From Myxococcota bacterium (GTDB lineage Bacteria; Myxococcota_A; SURF-8): DNA of 64,000 nt. The first letter of the stretch is position 1, and each line of letters opens with the position of its first letter. Shown here one piece after another: positions 50,780-59,888 of the stretch. The DNA is taken from contig CAXXQS010000001.1 of assembly GCA_963674735.2 (NCBI GenBank), positions 32,001 through 96,000 of the forward strand. Direction: 5' to 3'. The position numbers and the translations under genes are program-made. Under the pieces are notes generated by a model. That model was given only the letters and a program-made list of their open reading frames with translations, did no database searches and was not told where the DNA came from.

Positions 50780-51277
50780 ATGAAACGCAAACAAGTTTTG
50801 AGCTGCTTGCTTTTCGTCCTGATGTTGAGTGCCGTTATTGTTTTTGCCGGGTGCGGTGATGATGATGATCCGAGCAGCGATGGCGACAATGCCGATGGCG
50901 ACGATCCCGACGGCGACGATCCCGACGGCGACGATCCCGATGGCGACGACCCCGACGGCGACGACCCCGACGGCGACGACCCCGACGGTGACGATCCCGA
51001 CGGTGACGACCCGCTCGTGTGTGACGATGATTTGAGCGATGGCGGCTTCGGCGGCATGGCCGCTGCGGGCTGCGACACGGTACAGGGCATCTGCGAGAAT
51101 GCCGTAACCGTCGGTAATAATGAATGGTATCCCTGCACGGACGATCCCGATTGCTGCTGTTACGATGAACCTTTCGACGGCGTCGACGACGTCTATCCCT
51201 GCCAGTATGACAGCTGCACACAGGACGGCTATTGCGACGAAAACTGCGGAGTGGTGGACGATCCGGATTGCGATTAA
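50780..51277 (+). CDS. Small Cys/Asp-rich lipoprotein, tandem paralog B with (DGDDP)8
   Basis: Lipobox FAGC; eight 15-bp units at 50894-51013. Confidence 0.8.
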   Translation: MKRKQVLSCLLFVLMLSAVIVFAGCGDDDDPSSDGDNADGDDPDGDDPDGDDPDGDDPDGDDPDGDDPDGDDPDGDDPLVCDDDLSDGGFGGMAAAGCDTVQGICENAVTVGNNEWYPCTDDPDCCCYDEPFDGVDDVYPCQYDSCTQDGYCDENCGVVDDPDCD

Positions 51278-51703
51278 GCCTCTGTTGCAAGGGTAATCGA
51301 TAAAAGGCGGGGAAAAACCATGAAACGGACAGGTGGCGGTGTTTCATGGGTGGCAAAGTCTCACGGTCGAGAACCGGGGGGCTGTGTGTCTTTAAATATA
51401 GATCCGATACCATATCCTCATCATCGAAAAAGGAAAGTACAGCCACCCAAGCTTCGCTTGTGAGATTTGCTACCCTTAACGGTTCATGGATTTCATGGCC
51501 TGTCCCGGCCAGCCGTCGGGTTCTGATCACGTTCTATACTTATCGCTTCAACGAATCGAAACGTCGGGAACCCCCCGGCGTTTTTTGTGGGGTAACTCCA
51601 AGTCTTTCATTGCTTGATTTCCAATCGCTTGTTTGTTATAAGCCCAAGTCGATAATTGTTCCTGATGCGAAATACTTGTTGTTTGATTGTGAAAGGATCT
51701 GTC

Positions 51704-52249
51704 ATGAAGAAGCGCCTCTTAGTAACGTTGATGTTCGCCCTGATCGCCCTGTTTGCTGTTGCCTGTAGCGATGATGATGGAAACGATGGAGCCAATGCCG
51801 AGACTCCAAGCGATGAAGACGCCTGTGCGAACTATGACAACGTCTGTAGCGGAAATGCTGAAGCCGTCAACTGTCTGGCAAGCATCGAATACTTCGACGA
51901 CTGCCAGAAAAAATGCATGGGTTATGGTGGGGATTGCCTGGAAATCATCGACTGTTTGAATACGGACAGTGGCGATCTGTACGACCAATACTGCACAAGC
52001 GAAACACCTACTTCCGGCGATAAGCTGCCGGAAAACAGCTGCATGTCCTCCTATTGTTCCTCCGATTATGACGGGTGCAACGATAATCCCGAGTGCGTGA
52101 AACTGCATTATTGTGTTGTGGAATGTGAGAACTGTGACGACTGTGATTACACGGATTGTGAAGACAGCTGTTCAAACAATTTCCGCACGGGTACCGCCGG
52201 CTATGGCTACCTGTTACAGTGTGGAGCCGATAATGGCTGCAGTTTTTAA
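51704..52249 (+). CDS. Cys-rich lipoprotein
   Basis: Lipobox AVAC; many regularly spaced Cys; terminator follows. Confidence 0.8.
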   Translation: MKKRLLVTLMFALIALFAVACSDDDGNDGANAETPSDEDACANYDNVCSGNAEAVNCLASIEYFDDCQKKCMGYGGDCLEIIDCLNTDSGDLYDQYCTSETPTSGDKLPENSCMSSYCSSDYDGCNDNPECVKLHYCVVECENCDDCDYTDCEDSCSNNFRTGTAGYGYLLQCGADNGCSF

Positions 52250-52276
52250 GATCACGACCTAAGACGATCTCATTTG

Positions 52277-52308
52277 TCCCCGGTGGATTGATCCATCGGG
52301 GATTTTTT
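52277..52308 (+). terminator. Rho-independent terminator
   Basis: tccccggtgga..tccatcgggga followed by a T-run. Confidence 0.7.
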
Positions 52309-52410
52309 GGTGTCTATGAGGAGCGAAGCGTCTCGAAGGACCGCGAAAAATCGGTTTTCGGCAGCCTTCTGTGCGGGCCTGACAAACGACCATCCAAAAC
52401 TAACTTAGAC

Positions 52411-52980
52411 TTCTTCGGCCGGGTGGCCGTGACAACCCTTGATCGATACAAAGAAAATGGGTGGCATGGGCTAAGCGCAGCTTGCCCATGTGCAGGATCT
52501 TCGAGCACGGGCAAGCTCCATTCCATTTCGCTTAGCCCGTGGCACCCGTTGCCCAGGCCACCCGGGGATAGAATAGATGAAGATGGGCAAAAAGTTGCCC
52601 ATCCTACGCCGGAATAGCACGACCGAAATGTAACAATAGATGCTGGAAATAATTGCTCCAACTGCCCATCAATCTGAACTTCAAAGCTACAAAGCTTCTT
52701 CGGCCGGGTGGCCGTGACAACCCCTGATCGATACAAAGAAAATGGGTGGCATGGGCTAAGCGCAGCTTGCCCATGTGCAGGATCTTCGAGCACGGGCAAG
52801 CTCCATTCCATTTCGCTTAGCCCGTGGCACCCGTTGCCCAGGCCACCCGGGGATAGAATAGATGAAGATGGGCAAAAAGTTGCCCATCCTACGCCGGAAT
52901 AGCACGACCGAAATGTAACAATAGATGCTGGAAATAATTGCTCCAACTGCCCATCAACCTGAACTTCAAAGCTACAAAAC
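52411..52980. repeat. 285-bp tandem duplication containing a REPIN-like element and a GTAG REP
   Basis: 52411-52695 and 52696-52980 near-identical; boundary microhomology CTTCTTCGGC. Confidence 0.9.
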
Positions 52981-53847
52981 TTCTTCGGCGGGAATTTGTC
53001 CATCCAGATCGATGTCGCGATCGCGCCGCGACCGAATGCCCAGGATGGCGCGCGCTTCTTCCGGCGTGGCCGCTTCGCGTCCCATTTCTCGACCGATACG
53101 CACCACCCGCTCGACGAAACGGGCGTTCGAGTCGGCCTGCTCGCCTTTGTGTAGGTAGATGTTGTCTTCGAAACCCACGCGAGCGTGTCCGCCCATGGCC
53201 AACCCCATCATCATCATGGGCGTCTGGTGACGTCCCACAGCCGCCACGGTGAACGAGTCGGCGGGGGCGAGGCGGTCGGCCATGGCCACCAGGGAGCGGG
53301 CCGAGGCGTCCAACGCGCCGGGAATGCCGAACACGAAATCGAAATGGGCATGTCCGCTGAGTAAACCTTCGGCAAACAGGCGTTGGGCGCTGAGTACGTG
53401 GGAGAGATCGAAGCATTCGAGCTCGGGGCGCACATCGCGCGTGCTCATTTCCTTGGCGAAACGGCACATGAGCGGCCAGTCGTTGACGAAAATCTCGTCG
53501 CCGAAGTTGACCGTCCCGCAGTCCAGCGTGGCCATTTCCGGTTTGAGGAATACCGGCTGCAGGCGCTCGCTCCAAGTCATTCCCACGGCTCCGCCGGTGG
53601 ACGGCTGGATGATGGGAAGCGGGTCGCAGGTGTCCCGAATCGCGGCGATGGCGCGGCGGAACACTTCGATATCCTGGGTGGACGATCCGTCGTCATTGCG
53701 CACGTGCAGGTGAATGATGGCGGCACCGGCGTCGACGCAACGCTTGGCTTCCAAAGCCAGTTCGGCCGCCGTAATCGGCAAGGCCGGTTGCTGATCGCGC
53801 GTCACTTCGGCCCCGCAGATCGCGGCGGTAATGATCACTTTAGACAT
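52972..53847 (-). CDS. kce: 3-keto-5-aminohexanoate cleavage enzyme (BKACE family)
   Basis: KVIITAA..G, AGAAIIHLHVR, STGG, PELECFD, GGHARVGFED, ATP.EAR. Confidence 0.85.
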   Translation of the reverse strand: MSKVIITAAICGAEVTRDQQPALPITAAELALEAKRCVDAGAAIIHLHVRNDDGSSTQDIEVFRRAIAAIRDTCDPLPIIQPSTGGAVGMTWSERLQPVFLKPEMATLDCGTVNFGDEIFVNDWPLMCRFAKEMSTRDVRPELECFDLSHVLSAQRLFAEGLLSGHAHFDFVFGIPGALDASARSLVAMADRLAPADSFTVAAVGRHQTPMMMMGLAMGGHARVGFEDNIYLHKGEQADSNARFVERVVRIGREMGREAATPEEARAILGIRSRRDRDIDLDGQIPAEEVL

Positions 53848-53896
53848 GCGACTCCCCTGTGAATGTCGATAGACACAACCCGGCTACGGATCACAA

Positions 53897-54853
53897 TCAG
53901 CGCCGTTTGGTGGTTTTACCCTGGCGACGCTTGCGCTTGCTTTTGCCGCGCCGCTTGGGACGCTTGGATTGTTTGCTGGCATTTTTGGCGGCGTCGAGGA
54001 TTTCGCCGGTGGTGCGCCCTTTTTCATACTCGACCTCGATTCCGGCGTCCCACACCATGCGCCAATCCGGTGCGCTGCGGTCGCTGGTATGCAGGTAGGC
54101 GAGTTCATCGTCCGCCATGATCAGGATCAAGCCGGGCTGGACATCCAGCACCAAGACGCCATCGGCCAGGTAGTCGTCCTGGTGCACCTGATGCACGCCA
54201 TCCCCGCAAGCGTAACCCGCCGGGATAAGCAGGCGCCCCACATAGCGGCCGCTTTTGGGATCGTAGGTGGTGGAAAGCAGTCGAAAGCCGCCGCCGAGAC
54301 GACCGGGCTTGCGCCAGTTGCGCACTCGCGTGGTGACCACCCCGTGGTTGCCGTTCATACGCAGGCCAATATAGCTGCGGTGTCGCCAGTAGCGTCCGTA
54401 ATCGTTGAAGGCGCGCCGCTCGTGCATGAGCGGACAATAGCCCTCCGGCAGATCCGGTTCGTCGGGTTCGCTCTCCGCCGATTCGTCGTCCTCATCGGCA
54501 ACAGGGGGCGGTGAGGTGAGAATGTCCAGCTCAGGCGGATTGCGCGAGGGATAACCGATCGGGCCGCTGTCGTAATCCAGTTCTTCCGCGTCGCCCTTGA
54601 CCTCGCGAATGTTGGCGTTCGGATAGCCGGTCACGCTGCCTTCGTTGGCGATAAAGGCTTTACCCTTCGTTTCTCCGGCTTCCGTGACGTCGAACTCGAC
54701 TCCCACCCCGTCGCCTTTCCCATCTTTGGGGTTGGATTCGGCGTAGGTGTCGGATCTCCCGGCGTTGGGGTTGAAGCTATCGGCCGCATAGGCCGACGTC
54801 GTGGCCAGGCCCAGCGCGAAAAACGTGATCAGTCGCCATACAATCGGATTCAT
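53897..54853 (-). CDS. Hypothetical secreted protein with Lys/Arg-rich C-terminal tail
   Basis: GGAGG RBS; signal peptide ending AYA; basic tail. Confidence 0.7.
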   Translation of the reverse strand: MNPIVWRLITFFALGLATTSAYAADSFNPNAGRSDTYAESNPKDGKGDGVGVEFDVTEAGETKGKAFIANEGSVTGYPNANIREVKGDAEELDYDSGPIGYPSRNPPELDILTSPPPVADEDDESAESEPDEPDLPEGYCPLMHERRAFNDYGRYWRHRSYIGLRMNGNHGVVTTRVRNWRKPGRLGGGFRLLSTTYDPKSGRYVGRLLIPAGYACGDGVHQVHQDDYLADGVLVLDVQPGLILIMADDELAYLHTSDRSAPDWRMVWDAGIEVEYEKGRTTGEILDAAKNASKQSKRPKRRGKSKRKRRQGKTTKRR

Positions 54854-54963
54854 GTCGTCCTCCATCTGTCCGCCATTCTACCGTGAGGAGGGGACACTTG
54901 GCAAGAGCGGCTTTCATGGCCTGTTTCGGGAATGAGATCAGGGTCTTGTGATTTTTCGGTGAC

Positions 54964-55965
54964 TCAGCGTGCGGCGTTTCCGTCGATGACCGACTGCAGC
55001 AGCGCCGGGTCGTCGGTCATCACGCCATCCACCCCCATGTCCATCCAGGCCTGCATCTCGGCGGCGTCGTTGATGGTCCAGATCTGCACGTTCACACCGA
55101 AACGGCCGGCGATCTCCAGTAATTCGGGTGAGATATCGGGCAGTTGAAAGATCGGGCAGGGCGGTTCGTAATCGGCGGCGGTCGCGTCGCTCAAGGTGGT
55201 GAAGGTTACCATTTCCGCCGTTCCCGCACCGGTGACGATACGCGGGTTTTTCTCGCGGATTTCCTGTACCACGGAATCGAAAAACGAGACCAGAATCACG
55301 CGCTCTTCCATCTCCGTATCGGCCAGAATCGCCAGAACGGCGTCGATGATGGGGGGATCGCTCTGCTTGATTTCGGCCGAGAAGATGGCCTCGGGGAAGG
55401 CGTCGAGCACCTCGCGCAAGGTCGCGACCTGCACCCCTTGTCCGCGGTAGGGGTAGGTTGCGCCGCCGTCGGGCGTAAAGGCATATCCGGCATCGAGGGC
55501 GCGCAGTTCGTCGAAGGTCATCTGATTGATGCGTCCTTCACCGTCGGTGATGCGGTTGACCGTCGCATCGTGATGCAACACGACCACCCCGTCGGAGGTT
55601 GCGTGCAGGTCCATCTCCAGCATATCCGCCCCCACGGCCAGCGCATTCTGGTAGGCCGGGAGGCTCTCTTCCGGGGCCAGCCGCCCGCCGCCGCGATGGG
55701 CGATGTTCAGAAAATCGTGCTGCCGCAGGGGATGATCCGCGCGGAAACCCCAGCGGTCGAGGACGTCTTCGGCTTCGCCGTCGGTCGTTTCGGCCTCCGC
55801 CTCCGCTTCGTCGTCATAATCGCCATCCGTTGCCGGGCTTTCGGAATCGCCGCCACTCTCCCGTTCGATATCCACATCGCCATCCACGCTCGCGTCGTCG
55901 CCTCCGCAGGCCACGAGAAAAAGCATCACGATTATGGCGAAAGCCGCGATCAAAACCCGATTCAT
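54964..55965 (-). CDS. Glycerophosphodiester phosphodiesterase lipoprotein
   Basis: Lipobox LVAC; IAHRGG..PE, EMD, HD.TV.R, EIK, WTIND, GVDGVMTD.P. Confidence 0.92.
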   Translation of the reverse strand: MNRVLIAAFAIIVMLFLVACGGDDASVDGDVDIERESGGDSESPATDGDYDDEAEAEAETTDGEAEDVLDRWGFRADHPLRQHDFLNIAHRGGGRLAPEESLPAYQNALAVGADMLEMDLHATSDGVVVLHHDATVNRITDGEGRINQMTFDELRALDAGYAFTPDGGATYPYRGQGVQVATLREVLDAFPEAIFSAEIKQSDPPIIDAVLAILADTEMEERVILVSFFDSVVQEIREKNPRIVTGAGTAEMVTFTTLSDATAADYEPPCPIFQLPDISPELLEIAGRFGVNVQIWTINDAAEMQAWMDMGVDGVMTDDPALLQSVIDGNAAR

Positions 55966-56125
55966 GACATCCCCTTTGCGATTACGGAGCCGAACACGAA
56001 ACTCGCCGCTAACTTTAACCGAACATTCAAGGCCGTGCAAGATCGCGCTGATTTTGTCGCTTTCATGACGCACGGAGCTTCCGCCGAGAGGGAAGGATCA
56101 CCGACTTCCACGCCATCCCGGCGGC

Positions 56126-56308
56126 CACGGGGTTTCAATTCTAAGCTTTTCACCGTTTTCCACCCACGATAATTCGGTTTACGGGGTGCCATGGGCCAAG
56201 CCTTTGGCTTGCCCATGCTGTTTTCACGGGCAAACCTGACGGTTGTGCCCGTGCCACCCATCATCGATCGAAGATTATTCGAGACTCAATCGGAATTGAA
56301 ACACCCTA
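56126..56308. mobile_element. 183-bp MITE, copy 2
   Basis: Homologous to 18071-18253; flanks CCCGGCGGC / CCTGGCGGC. Confidence 0.85.
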
Positions 56309-56411
56309 CCTGGCGGCTTTTCGTCTAGCCAAATCAAGCGGCTCCATGTTAGCCTGCCGTTAGCGCCGAGTGGAACTTTCCGGGAAACACTGCCGGATAC
56401 GGGAGGATGAG

Positions 56412-57392
56412 ATGCAAAGCGGTTGGCGGTTGAGCGTGATGGTTTTCTGTTTTTCGCTGCTATTGGTTCTTACGGCGGGCTGTTCGGACGATGAGGCGAA
56501 TGCGCCGAATGGTGATGCGGACGTCCCGGACAGCGAGCGGGAAGCGGATGCCGACCTTGATGGCGATGGCGAGGAGGCGGTCGAAGACGAAGCCGCCGAG
56601 AATGTCTCCTTCCGCTTTGCCGTCATCAGCGATACGCATATCTGGCCCGACGCCGAGCACGAAAATTCGGTTTACCTCACCGCGCTTGCCGCCGAGCTCA
56701 ACGCCCTCGATCCGCCCCCCGCGTTCGCCGTCATCACCGGCGACTGCGTGCACGATCTCTACTGTCTGCCCGACTACACCTGCGAAGATCCGCTGCCGAT
56801 TTTGACGCTCTACCGCGACCTGCTCGAAACGGCCTTCGACATGCCGGTCTTTTCGGTGATCGGGAATCACGATGTGCGCTATTTCGACAGTTTTCTCGAC
56901 AAACCCACGCCGTTGAACTCCTGGGCCATCGCCTTCGAAGGTTCCCCGCTGTATCCCGGTCCTTACTACGCCTTCGACGAACAGGGCTTCCGGTTCATCG
57001 TCCTCGACGCCACCGACCTGGCCTATGACCACGCCTCCAACGATCTGGCCAGTTTCGGCGAGGAGCAACTCGCCTGGCTCGATACGCAACTATCGGACGA
57101 TCTGCCCGCCGTCTTGTTTTGGCATCATTGGCTGGAGCCGCCCGTCACCGCCACCCTCGACGACGATGCCAATCCGCTCTTTGCGGTGCTCGACGCCCAT
57201 CGCGACAGCGTGCGCGCCACGTTCACCGGCCACAAGCATCACTGGGACCATGCCGAATGGCAGGGCATCGATTTCTATCAAACCGACAACCTCAGCGGCA
57301 ACGACGCCTTGCCTTACTACTTGATGGAAACCGATCCTGCGACGGGTGAAGTACGGGTGGTCAATGCCGAAGACGTGGGCGACAGCAACTGA
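56412..57392 (+). CDS. Calcineurin-like metallophosphoesterase lipoprotein
   Basis: Lipobox TAGC; SDTH, TGD, GNHD, HH, GHKH. Confidence 0.9.
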   Translation: MQSGWRLSVMVFCFSLLLVLTAGCSDDEANAPNGDADVPDSEREADADLDGDGEEAVEDEAAENVSFRFAVISDTHIWPDAEHENSVYLTALAAELNALDPPPAFAVITGDCVHDLYCLPDYTCEDPLPILTLYRDLLETAFDMPVFSVIGNHDVRYFDSFLDKPTPLNSWAIAFEGSPLYPGPYYAFDEQGFRFIVLDATDLAYDHASNDLASFGEEQLAWLDTQLSDDLPAVLFWHHWLEPPVTATLDDDANPLFAVLDAHRDSVRATFTGHKHHWDHAEWQGIDFYQTDNLSGNDALPYYLMETDPATGEVRVVNAEDVGDSN

Positions 57393-57619
57393 GTGTCGCT
57401 TTTTCCTGCGGTTAAACGGACAAGGGGTCAAGCGGTCGCGTTTTTTTGCCATCCAGCATCATTTCCTTTGTTTTAGGGGCCGAAAAAGGTTCTTTTCTTG
57501 CAAAAACGACTAGTCAGCCATTTCATTTGGTGATAAAGTCCCCCGCCGAATCGAGTGGGCGTGCTTGCCCCGTTGATGTCGATTTACACCTGTTGCCGTT
57601 GTTCACCTGGAGGTTCCCG

Positions 57620-59647
57620 ATGCTGCACCGACGTTTCCTGGCCTGTTTTCTTCTCCTGTTTCTGTTGACAGCCTGCGGCGGTTCCGACGACTCCGCCGAT
57701 AAGGACTCGCCGGTGGTGGGGTCGCTCGGCGAGCAACGCTCAGCCTCGACCACCCTGACCCCCGAAGACGGCGGCGAGTTGACCCTCAAAGCCGATAACG
57801 GCGACCGACTCAGCTTGACCGTTCCCGCCAACGCCGTGGATGAAGAAACGGAAATCACGGTTACCTGGCTGGCCGAAGCGCCCGACACACAACTGACGGA
57901 TATCTTGTTTGCGTTGCGTTTCGAACCCGATGGCCTCAGCTTCGCCATTCCCGCGCATCTGACCATCGAACACGACGATGCCTACGACGAGGCCGACGAT
58001 GTCACCCTTTTCTGGGTGGCCGAGTCCGAACGGGTTCTGGCCATGACGGTGGATCCGATTATCGCCGCCACCGATGTCTATCTCCCGCATTTCAGCGATT
58101 ACGCCGGAGCCAAAGGCGGCCCGAACATGGAATTCTCCTGCATGGAAGCCAACTGGCTGGATCCGGCGCCCACCTGTCTGGAAGACCTTCCGATGATAAA
58201 CAACCTGATGAAATGCGCCGCCCAGGCTTCACGAGATGGGGCTTCCGAAAGCGACGTGTGGGATTACATCCACACCGCCAGCAACCTGTTCTTGGGCAGC
58301 TTCAAAAAAATGCGCGCCAAAGCCATTCCCGAAGATGATTACTGCCACCGATACGGCAGCGGGGCCGGTAAATACATCGAAGACCTTTACACCTGCATCA
58401 ACGTTCCCGGCATCGGTACCCCCGGTTTTCTGGACGATGACGACTACGATGAAATCTATCGGGGAATCGAGGAGGCCGCCACCGAACTGGCGCAAGCCTG
58501 GCTCGATTCCGATCCGCCCACCGGGGACAGTTGCTACAAGCTCGGCGAAGTCCAGGAGTGGCTGGATTATGCCGCCTGTCTGGTTGCCGATCCGACCCAT
58601 CGGCTCGATGAACACGAACTGTTCAGCGACCACCTGCTCAATGGGAAAGTCATGGTTCAGGAGGAATTTCTCGGCACTTCCATCCCCAGTAACCACGACG
58701 AGTTGTGCGGTTGGTATCTCGATTGCCTCAATACCCACATGGGGCATCTCTCCCTGACACGCAGCACCGGTCCGGACGCCGAGAACGTAGCGCAAAATAT
58801 CGAGCGCCGTTTAAACGAAACCGAGGCCCAGTGCATGAGCCTGTGGGACGCTGAAATCGAGCTTCATATCACCCAGAGCTACGCCATGTCGGGCATGGAA
58901 GAATACGAGGCCGATTACACGATCACCGTCACCTACAAGGACATCTCCATCGATGCGGAGCGGGATGATATGCAGACGGCCATGCAATCGATCAACGAGC
59001 TTGGCGGTATCGTGCCCGGGATGAAAGACAATGAGGGCCGCACACTCGAAACTCCGTTCTTCACCAATCTCGACAACGGCGGACAGATCATTCAGATGTC
59101 GTTCATGCTCGATCTCGATGCCGCGCATAGCTGGGATCTGACCGACAACGGCAGCGACTACACCTGCTTGATGGACTTCGCCTGTGGGACCGTCAGCGAT
59201 TTCGAAGCGCGCAAAGCCGAGCCGAGCCCCTATCCGGGTGCGTCGCCGAGCGGCCAGTTGATGATGATGCGCACGCGCGCCAACCAGGACGTCAACTGGG
59301 CCAGAAGCACCCTTCCGGCCAACAGCGGCTATCTGATCTGGCGTTTCGAAAATCTCGTGGATCTGTGTCGGTACGATACCGAAGAGGGCGAGTGGTCTTG
59401 CGAACGTCCGACCATGGGAACCGTCGCCGAACCGCGTCCGGACGCCGCCGACGTGGTGAGCGAGCCCGAGGTGCCCGATCACCATTTTTTCAACGCCCAC
59501 CTGACGCCTCAACAAGTTAAGAATGTGCTCGACCGGAAAGGTTTTTCGTATTCGTACGACTTGACCAACCACCTTGAAATCAACGATGGGGCGGTGCTGG
59601 AAGACCAGGTGCAAGCCGTGACGGTGACGTTGACGCCGAAGAATTAG
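57620..59647 (+). CDS. Hypothetical lipoprotein with ZU5-like N-terminal domain
   Basis: Lipobox LTAC; GG.L...L.VP..A, F.PDGL.F..PA.L, HFS.Y. Confidence 0.72.
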   Translation: MLHRRFLACFLLLFLLTACGGSDDSADKDSPVVGSLGEQRSASTTLTPEDGGELTLKADNGDRLSLTVPANAVDEETEITVTWLAEAPDTQLTDILFALRFEPDGLSFAIPAHLTIEHDDAYDEADDVTLFWVAESERVLAMTVDPIIAATDVYLPHFSDYAGAKGGPNMEFSCMEANWLDPAPTCLEDLPMINNLMKCAAQASRDGASESDVWDYIHTASNLFLGSFKKMRAKAIPEDDYCHRYGSGAGKYIEDLYTCINVPGIGTPGFLDDDDYDEIYRGIEEAATELAQAWLDSDPPTGDSCYKLGEVQEWLDYAACLVADPTHRLDEHELFSDHLLNGKVMVQEEFLGTSIPSNHDELCGWYLDCLNTHMGHLSLTRSTGPDAENVAQNIERRLNETEAQCMSLWDAEIELHITQSYAMSGMEEYEADYTITVTYKDISIDAERDDMQTAMQSINELGGIVPGMKDNEGRTLETPFFTNLDNGGQIIQMSFMLDLDAAHSWDLTDNGSDYTCLMDFACGTVSDFEARKAEPSPYPGASPSGQLMMMRTRANQDVNWARSTLPANSGYLIWRFENLVDLCRYDTEEGEWSCERPTMGTVAEPRPDAADVVSEPEVPDHHFFNAHLTPQQVKNVLDRKGFSYSYDLTNHLEINDGAVLEDQVQAVTVTLTPKN

Positions 59648-59888
59648 TTTCCGGTGCACTCGCGGTATTTATATACTCTATCTTCAAATCTCAAAGTGCA
59701 AAAGGTAGGGTCTGTTATCGATGGCGGAGATGGACGCGAATGAGGAACCCGTCTCGCCGATAGAGTTCGAGGAGATCGCGTAATCCGCCGTTTAGGAGCT
59801 CTCTATGGGCTCCTGAACGGCGATGCGACGGCGATGCGATGGATCGGAGAGCTTGCCTTGAAATAACAAAGTGCGAAGAAGCGTTGCG

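Noticed and set aside
50345-51277. DGR TR/VR pair
   Set aside because: Both copies are intact genes, differences are not adenine-biased, and no RT is nearby
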